DNA of 64,000 nucleotides from Amoebophrya sp. A120. Its lineage: Eukaryota > Protista > Dinoflagellata. The stretch covers positions 3,106,833-3,170,832 of the forward strand of contig CAJINV010000005.1 of the NCBI GenBank assembly GCA_905178155.1. The letters are read 5' to 3'. Positions 48,981 through 59,300 of the stretch are shown here, one piece after another. Each line of letters begins with the position of its first letter. Within the stretch, counting starts at the first letter, position 1. Under the pieces are notes generated by a model that was not told where the DNA came from, made no database searches, and saw nothing but the letters and a program-made list of their open reading frames with translations. A program made the translations under genes and the position numbers.

Positions 48981-50099
48981 ATGCCTGTCCCTGGTTCGCC
49001 AGATCTGAGCCCCACCCCGCGGCCCGCATCCGCAGCACAACCTGTCACCTTGCGCCGCAGGACGAGTAGCATCCTGGCCGCGCACTTTCGCCTGCGCCCT
49101 TCCGAAAAGGTTTGCTGCATGTCAATCCAGCAGGCGGCGAGAACAATCTGCCTCTACTTCTGCCTCAATGGGTTTTTGACGCTCTTAACGCTGATAACGG
49201 TCGGGCCGCCGAGCAGAATGGTGTATCACGCAAACAAAGACCTTTATCCAAAGGGAGATAGCACTTTGACGAAAGTAGAACAGGGAAGGATACGGAACAA
49301 GAATGATCCTGATAATGTTAGCCCGTTCTCCAATACCGACCAGCAGGAGCAACTTCAGTCCGAACTTCATAGCATCTCCGCAACGCAACCTCACGGCAAC
49401 CTGAGAGGATCTGCTGCTAGTACAAAGAACTCGGCGCTTGGGACCGCGATAAGAGGTAGCGGCGCTAACAACGCGCCCAATACCGCAGGAGCCTCCGATC
49501 TTCCCGATGAGAACCACACGTCCGGCGGGCGCTGGGTGCATTTGAGCACCGTGACCACTTTTCTGCAGCAGCTGGACCTTCTGTTTCGCGGGATGTCGCT
49601 GTGGATCGGGGTTCGCGGGTACACCGGGTTCACCCTCCGGTTTCTGCCGAACATGCAAGTGTGCATCTGGTTCGCGATGACCTACTGTCTCCTCCCCCTG
49701 CTGCGCTACGCCCGCGCGTTTGTGATCTGCGACGAGACGCCCGAAATCGAGTGCAAGACGCTGCGGGGCTTGTTCTTCGCGGTCACGACCATCGAGCTCG
49801 GCTTCCACGCCTTTTTGGTGTACGTTCTCTGGTCGGCAAAGGAGATCGCGATACTGCAGGGCGCCCCGGAATTCCACCTGGAGGGCGAACAAGCCCGGGC
49901 GGCGGTCGGGATGCAGACGCTGCTGGCCGCGCGGGGAAGCAGCAATTTGTTCGCGCCCGTCGCGACCACGGCGGGGAACAGCAGTGAGGGCAGCAGTGGA
50001 GCGAACAACGCCAATAGTTCAACATCTCCGGGGACGAATAATCGCCCGGTGCCGGCGAGTTTTGAACCCTTCGCAGGACAGGGATATCGGCTGGAATGA
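48981..50099 (+). CDS. Hypothetical membrane protein (about 4 TM segments)
   Basis: 372-codon ORF with hydrophobic segments; C-terminal FEPFAGQGYRLE resembles an SHP-box (F-x-G-x-G-x-x-L) motif. Confidence 0.7.
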   Translation: MPVPGSPDLSPTPRPASAAQPVTLRRRTSSILAAHFRLRPSEKVCCMSIQQAARTICLYFCLNGFLTLLTLITVGPPSRMVYHANKDLYPKGDSTLTKVEQGRIRNKNDPDNVSPFSNTDQQEQLQSELHSISATQPHGNLRGSAASTKNSALGTAIRGSGANNAPNTAGASDLPDENHTSGGRWVHLSTVTTFLQQLDLLFRGMSLWIGVRGYTGFTLRFLPNMQVCIWFAMTYCLLPLLRYARAFVICDETPEIECKTLRGLFFAVTTIELGFHAFLVYVLWSAKEIAILQGAPEFHLEGEQARAAVGMQTLLAARGSSNLFAPVATTAGNSSEGSSGANNANSSTSPGTNNRPVPASFEPFAGQGYRLE

Positions 50100-51232
50100 G
50101 GTATGGCTGAAAAGAAATCATCATACAGGACGAAAGAAACCAGGTTTTGAAGTTTTTTTGCTCCCCGCCACATATTTCTGGTTATAAGAGTAAATATGTT
50201 TGTGCTGCGAGTGCGATAGGTACTTAGGTGTCGTCCAGGATCCCATTCAGTATTCTTCTGTTAGTTCTTTCTCAGTTTCACCCCCCTTTGAATTGCTTGA
50301 AAAAGTCGACTCTTTGAACGAGCTGATATCAACCGGAATTCGCATGCTTACTTATGTTTGGCGCTCGCAGTTTTCATCTCGGAAAGCGAGAATGAGATGT
50401 CGCAGAAGTGCCACATAGAATTACTTGACACTCTACCCTGCTTTTTCTGTTCTTGGCATTGACTACAGAGAAGTCAAAGTTGCTCATATAGGAGCACCCA
50501 CCATTTACATGTTCGCTGTAGTAGGAGCGATGCGGAACATTTTCCAAAATTAATTATACGTCTGCTTTTCCAAGTCAGATGAAAAAATGAAAATCGCACA
50601 CCGGCCAGCCATTTCCGAAAGGGGAGTTTTTGGAATGTGGGAATCACCATACTTACTTAATATCACACTGTTCCGAAACCGAATACAAGACGGTGGGTCG
50701 AAAAAGATTTTTACCGTCATCGTCTCACCCGCTTTTCTTTATTTGAAGGTCTGTGGATGTGGTAAAACTGAAAGTTTGTCGCAATTAAGATCTTGAGGTC
50801 GTTGTCGTATTTCTTCTCGTGGATCAGTTATGCAGTGCAAATTGTAGTACAATTTCGTGCGAGAAAAATATGTGCGATCTTGATGATCTGTCTGCATGAA
50901 TTTTGGCCGCTTGCGCTTTCTATACAAAATCAAAATGCAGATACGGCGGGATTTATCGATGTATGTATGATCTTCGTCCCAGTCTTATTGGCGCTTGTCT
51001 TCCCGGTCGTTTACGTTTTCGTTTTCATGGTCGTTTCTCTGATCCATTTTTCCTTTATTGACTCGTGTTGAGGATTAGAGAGTACTGCTCGGCTCATTCT
51101 CCCAAAATCAGAGTAATTTGAACTTTCTTCAACGAAGTAAAGTGTATTTTGTTCGCCTTTATTTTTACACACGTTTATTTGGTTTTCTAGAACTTAGAAT
51201 CGCAAAATCCCAGAGCCGTATCGCCTTCAACA

Positions 51233-53335
51233 ATGGCCTCCTCCTCCTCCTCGTCCTCGCATCACCTCCGCGCCAGCTTCGCGAAAGAGGCGCGGGTCCG
51301 GGAGCTACTTGCCTCGCCCTTCCGCAACCCGCGGCATGCCGTCGACGTGGCTTTCAAAGCGTTTCACGACCTGGGGCTGAGTGGCGACCACTTTCTGTTC
51401 AAACGCGTCAGCTTGTACTTCTTGTCGGTGAGTCTGGAAGAAAAGAAACGAACAAAACCTTTTCTGGCGTACAAAACCCTGCCGACGTCGTACGGCATAA
51501 CACCTTTGCAAGCGATAAAAAACACCCAATGCACCGCTCGCGACTGGTGTTTGCTGTTTACCATTTTCGTGAAAGCGCACGTCTGCGACCGGGAGTTGCT
51601 GCAATTTTTCAAAGACGAGGTCTTCTGTAAAAAGCAAGCTGAGGCAGCTACGGAGAGTACAAGAGATCTTGAAGTGCAGAGCGCTGAAGACCACTCCTTT
51701 TCGACAGCCTCTTCAACTTCTTCGCTTCACCGCAGACCTACATCTAGCTCCCTCGAGCAGCTGACGGAGCTCGCGCACGGGCTGCAGAGATTTTTGAAAC
51801 CCGCGGCACGAAGAGGACGGGACCACTGTGCTGCGGGTACCTCAATACCGGGTTCGACAGTCAATTTTGCTGAGGCCGAAGAACTTACTGCTGAAACTGG
51901 CGAAGACGACCACGCGCCCGACCAAGAGTTTGGCTTTCGCGAGCTCACCGTTATCGGGGGGTACTACTCCCTGTACGCCCCCGAGGAGACGCAGGTGTTC
52001 GCGGAAATCGATCGGCGCCTTGCGGAAACAGGCGCCGAGGTGTCCACCTTCGCGCTCTCGGAGCTGTGCCGCGCCTACGCGAGAGCCGGCTTTTTCAAGG
52101 CGAATTTGGGTAGTACTGGTAGTACCACTTCTGGAAAGAGCCGGACGGAGGTGGAGACAACCACTCCAGACGTTCTCTCGAAGACCAAATCAAACGAAAT
52201 AGAAACAGCGGCAAATTTCTTCGCAGCACAACGAAAATTATTGCCACAGAAAACCGAGAAAGCGACGACAATGTTGGAAAAGTTGGTCGCGAGCGAACTG
52301 CCGAAGAAGTTAGAACAAGACGCTTGCTCCGTTGAGGATTTGAGCCACTTTTGCTGGTTTTTTTCCAAACAAAAACAGATCATGGAAGAGGAGGAAGGCA
52401 GTCTTGAAGCTGTTGCTGGTAGTACACCTAGCGCGCATGGCCGAACCTCCACGCAAGAAGCTACGAAGACTACTACTTCCCATTCGCCGTCAACAATAAA
52501 AACGCAACGATTCATCTTACAGAACCAACTAGCCGATACCTGTTTGCGACAAATCAAGCAGAGACCCCAAAGTTTTCTCGCCAATCTGGATGCACTCGCA
52601 AACGTTGTTTTCTTCTGCGCGGAGAGAAAGTTGCACTGGAACGCGGTGGTCCGGTGGGCGCTGCAGGAATTGCCGGGGGGTGGACGTAGTACAACTAGCA
52701 TAAAGATGTTGAAATCCACTTCAACTGCAAGTAAAAAACCGAGTGCCAATATGAAAATCGCGTCCACAACGTTGCTGAAATTCCTGCAAGCCGCCAGCCT
52801 GGTGAAATACCCACATCTTGGCTTTTGGCAGTTTGTCAGTCGACAATTTATGGAGCGACTCAGGTTGGAGAGGATGGGAACTGAAGATCCGATGTCATCT
52901 ACTTCTGGGGCTTTTATAACTGCGCCTGGTCCTCATTTTATTTCCCATTCTTCGAGTTTGATCTCCCGCGAGGAAGCTGTGCTGATCATGCGCTGCTACA
53001 CGAAAGCCAAGATGCGGTCCGCTGCTTTGTTTCGGAGTCTGGCAATGCATCTCGTCTTACTGGCGTCGAGCTCGAGCCTGCAAGCTGGTGCAGCAAGACC
53101 TTCCGGTGGTCGTCCCTCAGGAGGTCAAAACCAATTCTCGTCAAGAATGCCCGCGTCGATGAACACACAGCAGAAGATGCTTTCTTTCTACGAGGCCATG
53201 ACCATTCTGCAGGGGTCAGAAAAGTTGGAAACCGCCCTACCTAAGAGCGTTGTGGATTTGCTGCCAAAAAGCTTCGGAAGCACCACGAAAGATCGAATTG
53301 CAGTGGACGCAATGAAAAGGGCGAGGCTCGTGTGA
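51233..53335 (+). CDS. Hypothetical alpha-helical repeat protein, possibly organellar RNA-binding (RAP/HPR/FAST-like)
   Basis: 700-codon ORF with repeated helical units such as LSELCRAYARAGF, AVLIMRCYTKAKMRSAALFRSLA and WCLLFTIFVKAHVCDRELLQF; family call is tentative. Confidence 0.55.
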   Translation: MASSSSSSSHHLRASFAKEARVRELLASPFRNPRHAVDVAFKAFHDLGLSGDHFLFKRVSLYFLSVSLEEKKRTKPFLAYKTLPTSYGITPLQAIKNTQCTARDWCLLFTIFVKAHVCDRELLQFFKDEVFCKKQAEAATESTRDLEVQSAEDHSFSTASSTSSLHRRPTSSSLEQLTELAHGLQRFLKPAARRGRDHCAAGTSIPGSTVNFAEAEELTAETGEDDHAPDQEFGFRELTVIGGYYSLYAPEETQVFAEIDRRLAETGAEVSTFALSELCRAYARAGFFKANLGSTGSTTSGKSRTEVETTTPDVLSKTKSNEIETAANFFAAQRKLLPQKTEKATTMLEKLVASELPKKLEQDACSVEDLSHFCWFFSKQKQIMEEEEGSLEAVAGSTPSAHGRTSTQEATKTTTSHSPSTIKTQRFILQNQLADTCLRQIKQRPQSFLANLDALANVVFFCAERKLHWNAVVRWALQELPGGGRSTTSIKMLKSTSTASKKPSANMKIASTTLLKFLQAASLVKYPHLGFWQFVSRQFMERLRLERMGTEDPMSSTSGAFITAPGPHFISHSSSLISREEAVLIMRCYTKAKMRSAALFRSLAMHLVLLASSSSLQAGAARPSGGRPSGGQNQFSSRMPASMNTQQKMLSFYEAMTILQGSEKLETALPKSVVDLLPKSFGSTTKDRIAVDAMKRARLV

Positions 53336-54162
53336 ATATATGGACGCACCAGAGAAAGTATTGCCTGCTGCTGTAGCTGAGCACTGCTATAATCGCTTTC
53401 GTGATCCATCAGGAGCAAGAGATCAAGCTATGTAGTGTCTTTCGCGAGTTAGACAAGAATGAAAATACGCAGACTTTTCTATATTTCTTGCCGTCTTTTC
53501 GCACTTTAATGAAGGATATAGTAACGTAGCACCAGCTACATCACCTGCGGAATTTGCAATTGCAAAAAGCAACCTGCTTTTTTTCTGCCTCTTTGTCTTT
53601 ATTTTTTAGCTGAGGCCAAAACAGATAGGACTAGGAGCTTCGCACTTAGTGCAACAGTCAGTTGTCATGATCGATGTGAAGTCATTTCGTACTCCCCCAA
53701 TTTCCGTCGTAGTCCTAGAAGAACGCAATGGGGACCTGTGAATGATCAAGGCAGCTCCCCCATCGTAGGTCGTACACATTCACTTGGTTCTGCTCGTACT
53801 TCATATCTGTGCTCGTGGTGAAAATCGCGAGTTTCGTTCATCGTTGACGTCGGGTATGTAAGTAAGTAGGCACAAACCACTGGCTCTGGGGATAGACGTG
53901 GACGTCGTAAAGTAGGTTGATCGGAAATAAACGTACATACTCGAGAATTCTTGTATTCAGCTTTTTGATTTTGTTTTCGCTATGTCAGCTCCTCTTTCAC
54001 ACAACCAGGACCGCTTTGCAATCGTTTTTTCGACACCCAGTGGAAGGTTTGTAATTTCAAAAGAACAATTTAGCAGGACGAAGCTGCTTGGAAAGTTACT
54101 CCAGAAGTAAAAAAGTAAATAAAGCGCAGTTTACTTCAAAACAAGTAGAAGCGCGAGGGAAA

Positions 54163-54949
54163 ATGATGAAGAAGATTGCTCTCGTTACCGCTGCCACCCC
54201 CCTGGGAGGGGAGTTCGCCTCTGCGCTGGTGCAGAAGCAAGCTGGGAGTGCGACGCATTTTTGGTATCAAAGCGAAGTTTTATTTAAGCTGAGAGGTCAT
54301 GATTCACACTTGGGATAACATAATGCATTATGCAGGAGAACAAGAACATAGAACGACACTGAAAGCGTGCTCACATCAATATTTCTCCGTCGTCCAGTGG
54401 TGGGCACGAACGCGTCTCGTTGCAAATGCACTCTGTGCAAGGAATTCTCATCTCTGTACCATAGAATAGATAATCCGCAAAGTCGTGAACGTGTGCGCTA
54501 CGTCTACGCAAAGCCGCGACAGCTCGCCGTGCCATGAATGCTGGCAAGATCATCCTGCGCCCCCATATCGTACATTCGTGTGCTGCTAGCTCGGCTAAAA
54601 ACTTTCGGTGCATACTTAGGCTGGGAGTGAAGCAACGCCGTCCGGCTTCATGCAGAATGAGCGCGTTGACGTTGAGCATGGCGGGAAGAAAAAGAGATTG
54701 AACAAGGGGAAGACCGAGGAGAAGAAGGTGGAGAACAAGAAGAAGAAGGTGGACGAGAAGGCCGAGAAGAAGCACGAGCGGATGGCTACCACTGCGTCTC
54801 CTGCCCCTGCGCTTACCACAAGCGAACCACCCACGACACTACAACCAGAAGCGCCCCAATATGCGCCGGAACCGGAGATACAACCAGAAGTGCCCCAATA
54901 TGCGCCGGAACCGGAGACGCCCGCGCCGGAGGTGGCAGTGTCGCAGTAA
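54163..54949 (+). CDS. Short Lys/Glu/Pro-rich protein with hydrophobic N-terminus, two exons; paralog of 62443-62853
   Basis: Spliced ATHFW-AGSEATPSGFMQNERVD aligns with ATHFWVGSESSPIGLMEVDRVD of the paralog. Confidence 0.75.
54265..54614. mobile_element. Introner/MITE intron (diverged)
   Basis: TATCAAAGCGAAGTTTT..AAGCTGAG vs CTCGGCTAAAAACTTTCGGTGCATA; flanks TTTGG/CTTAG. Confidence 0.7.
54842..54919 (+). repeat. Coding tandem duplication, 2 x 39 bp
   Basis: QPEAPQYAPEPEI / QPEVPQYAPEPET. Confidence 0.9.
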
Positions 54950-56397
54950 GACACAGCGAGACGCAAGGTGAAAATTTTCGTAGCAAGGAAGAGCGCACGT
55001 TTAATCACGCATACAGGTTTTTACAAAAAAGGAAAATCTTTCGTGTATTATTCTCTTTCCGACATTGCGGCCACTCTCTTTCTAGATGCAGAGCGAGAAT
55101 TCACATCGTGGAGTGCTCACTCACCTCCTAAGAAAGAAGTTCGTTCCGGCTACTGTGATTTACTTGCAGTTCTGTTTTCTTTGTCAATTTTGCTTTTGTT
55201 CACCAGAAAATATCGGTTTTTACTTCTGAAATTTTTATTTTTTATTGCAATTCACAAACTCAACATTTTTCAAGTTCCGCAGCATCAAGTTCAGGTTTAA
55301 GAAACTTCTCTACGATCTCTGTCGCTTGCGCAGTGAAATTTTTGCTCTGCCCGGAACGCGTACAAGACAGCGCGAAATAGTACCGGGCACTCACCGGGTC
55401 ATCAAGATGCAGAATTATAACGTACCAATATTTCGCATAGGCATAACATGGAATGCATAACCTGCTTCACACTGAGTCACTTCAGCATGCAGCATCGTCA
55501 TACTAGAAAATGTTACCCTGCACCACAAGAAGTCGATGTCGACATGGCGCAAGTGATAGGCATAACCTGCGAATTTTCTGTGCTTGCAGTACCAGACTTT
55601 TCAGGCCGTATTCAATCAGAGCAGTCGTGCGATGAACTACAGCTGAAAACACTTTTTGTTGCTACCCTGAAACCCTAATAAGACATAATGTAATTATACA
55701 ACTCAACAAGGTCAGGTGGTGCATGGTGATCGGTTGTTCGACGATTACAGGGCAGAAAAAGAAAACAAAACCTTGCTTCTGATCTGTACTTTTTGCTGCA
55801 AAACCGCAATCTTCGGTCCTTGGAGTATCGCAGTTTCATGGAAACAATGATCTGCATCTGATCGACGAGCAATTTTTGTTTAGTCAAGGCCGCCCATATG
55901 AACAATATCTGCTTTCCTCTTATTGATCCGAGGAACGCGCAGGAGCGTCTTGTCGATACAAAAATGCCTATTACATTTCTTTGGTGTCGATCAGATTTTT
56001 TGCATGTCATTTTGTCATCGGTACTTGCTCTTGTCGCCATAGCCAATTGGAGCAATGCTAATATAGCAGAGTGTAACCTAGATTGTTGGTAGATCATCTC
56101 CTTTGATAAGCGTCAATATCGCAAATGATGTCTATCCTCGTGTTTCCCATTTTCAGCAGCCATCTCTGTGACGACTTTTACCCCCGAAAAACCTCACATT
56201 TTTTTTGGAAGCGTACGTTCCTCATAGGGAACATGCCTGGTGATGTCATGACCACCGGAGTCGCGCAACATTTTGTCAGTATTTTTGAGTGATATGAATT
56301 TTATATATTATTACCCTGCGTTTCATATTTCAGTTTATCGTATTAATGTGTAAATTGAAAATTTATTTAGACCTTTTTCTTGATTTCCAATCCAGCA

Positions 56398-59300
56398 ATG
56401 AGCCTTCGGAACAAGAGTACCAGTGGTTCTGCCAACTCAGCCTTCCCGATGCAGAAGCGACAAAAGCAGCGGGAGGGCCAGGTGCTGTTCCGCATCCGGC
56501 GGGGGTTCTGCGATCTGGACGAGTCCGCGATAACCGTCACCGCGGCCGATCTGGTGGCGAAGACGGGCAGAATACGGCTCAAAACGGTCGAGGACTTACT
56601 GAAGAAAGTGGTGGTGCCGAAAATTGGTACGCACCGGGTTTTTCTGCAACTTATCTCCTTTAAGTCGGGCGAAAGGCTCCCGTTGGTGACGCCAATGGCC
56701 TACATTTTGAATCACGTGGTGAACGTCAGCTGGAAAAAGGACGCGACGGTGAGCAACGCGCAGGTGAACCTGTTCACGGAGGAACAGGATTTTTTACCCG
56801 TCGACGCGGTATTGTTGTCACCGGAAGATAGTGGGTTTCAGCAACATTATGGTACTGCATCCGCGTCCGCTTCGGAGCAAGAAGAACCAGACGTGGATCT
56901 TTGCGTGATGGTGACGCAAAAAGCATTAAATTTCGAGTGGGGCGCGACGGAAAGAGGGTTGCGGGTGAAACGCACCCCTGCGGCAGCGCCGACCGCCTTG
57001 GTGTGTAGTTTCCCGCCGAGAACGACGGGGACTACTAGTCCTGCTGAGACGAGGGAAAAAAGCGCCGCCGCATCTTCATCCGGAGAAGTGAAGGCAGCTT
57101 CTGAAGAGTCTTCTGCAAGAAAGGACACTTTTCCTGCTGGAGGAGCTCTTTCCACTGAGAGTATACCGGAACAGGATAAAGCGCCACCGAATCTTCAAGG
57201 CGGCGGGGAGAGCTCCTCACCTCTGTCGGCAAAAGCAGGTGGGAAAATGAACACCAGCAGTTCTGCTCCGCCAAACTCAATATCAAGCCCCAACAAGGAA
57301 AATAACAGTTCGTCGTCATCTCCAGCCGCGGCACCTAGCTCCGCCGAAGAGGTGTTTCAAATCAACGTGACCTCCGAAGACGCGGACAATATGCCGGAAC
57401 TGATTGGCATCCTCCTCGAAGACGCCATCACCTGCCTGCCCAAGCAAATCCGCGCCACCGCGAGTGGCGCCGAGCTGCTGCAGAAGATCCGGGCGTCCGT
57501 GTGGAAAAATCTCCCGTTTGACCTGGTCTCGCAGCCACCGTATTTGAAACTGCGGTACCGAAACATGGACAGTGACGATGATGACCATTTCGACAGCGGC
57601 TCCATGCGCCCGACAAATCTCTTTCACGTGGCCTGTTCGCTCGGGGAGCTGCAGGCGGTCTTGGAGATGCTGCTGGAGTTGTTCGAGGAACTGAAGCTGG
57701 ACGGGACGACACTGGAGAACTGCGTGAAAGAATTGTGTTCAAACGCGTTTGTAGAACAAACGGAAAGCATAAAAAGCAGTGAAGAAACAAGAAGGAAAGA
57801 AACAACTTCTGGAGTTGATGAGGACTTTGAAGAGCTGCAGGGAGCAGGCGGTGCTGAAGACGATATCGATGGTTTTATGCCCACAAATGAGACCAGCGAC
57901 GGCACGACCTCCGACGCGGCGTTGCAACAGCACTTGCTAGCTTCCGCGGTAATTACGGGACGAGTAGGAGCAACAGCCACTTATAATCCTCTATCCAGTG
58001 CCGAATCGGGCACCGCGACAGACGCGGACACCGTGCTGTCCAGGAGGGAACTACAGGCCGAGGGCCACTATTACAGTTCCACCATGGGCGAGACAACCAC
58101 GCAGTCCGAAGCAGAGCAGCCGCTTGGAGGGGCGGCTGTTAAAGTACTAGGCGAGGAAGATGGTGCACAACGTTCGCAAACGACCCTAAATAAAGATCAG
58201 GAAGAAACTAACGACTCTACAAAAGGAGCAAAGCTTGACAAGGAAGTACTAGATGCAAATCCGGCCACTACGACTTCCACTGCACCGCCGAACAAGGGCC
58301 GGGGCCGCCGAAACAACCGCCGGGGCTCGTGGAAGAAACGGCAAAAAGAAAAGGAAAAAGAGAAGAAATCGAAGGAGGAGAGCCGGTGGCAAACGTTGAG
58401 TTGCGGCAAAGAGCGGCAAAATATCACGGTGACAGACTTGGACCTCGTGCTCGGACTGTTTTTTTCCAGCGCAAGTGACCAGCTCGGGGTAAGGAGGAGT
58501 TATATTTTTCTTAGTTGTAGCTAGGCTCTTTCTCTTGTACTACGCAAAAATGAATCGCTTGTGGATGGATTTAATGACGAGCGTGCGGTGCTTTCTTTCC
58601 ATCTGTTTGATGACAGATGGTTCGAGTGTATTTCTATCGTCACGACTGGTCCTTCAAATATTGATATAAGTACCTCCCTAGAAAATCAAAACCACCACTA
58701 CGTACAGGTCTTCCGCCTACTTCTCACCGCTATCAAGGAGCTCCTAAAGCACAAGAAACTCTTCGCGCCGCAGATCACCTTTTCGGACGTTTTGAACGCA
58801 ACCATCATCGTGAAGCCGCAGGAGAGCAACGAAAACAAACAGCAGCACAAGCGCGGGCGCAATCGGATGAACAGGAGGGTGCAGCGCTTGGAAAGCTTGA
58901 AGCCTGTGGAATACATTTGGGTCAACGGGAAGATCCAAACGGTGGAACAGGAGCAGTGGCTGATGAACGAAAATATGAAAGAGCACAACAGCCCAGAGGG
59001 AACAGGCTCGAGTAGCAACTTCCACCCGCTGGCGCTGCTGAACCAAATCGTCAACGAGGAGGCGATTTGCTGTCTCAAGGAGCTCTTGGAATTCAGTCAC
59101 AAGCAGACCCAGCAGAGTTCTTCTTCATCATCCGCCTTTCCCGAGCTCATTCTGGAAACGGATTTCCAAAATCTGATAACGCGGGACTTCGCCGCCGAGT
59201 ACTACCGCAGCGGAATTCATACAAGTGCGGACGGCAGCCGGGCAAACACTGTCGGGTCTGCCGACACGCATTTGCTGCACTGGGTTCTAGAAAACGTGGA

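Noticed and set aside
54241-54629. 10-bp direct repeat GCTGGGAGTG flanking the intron as an alternative boundary
   Set aside because: Using it would delete ATHFW, which is conserved in the paralog at 62443; the TIR-defined boundary fits better.
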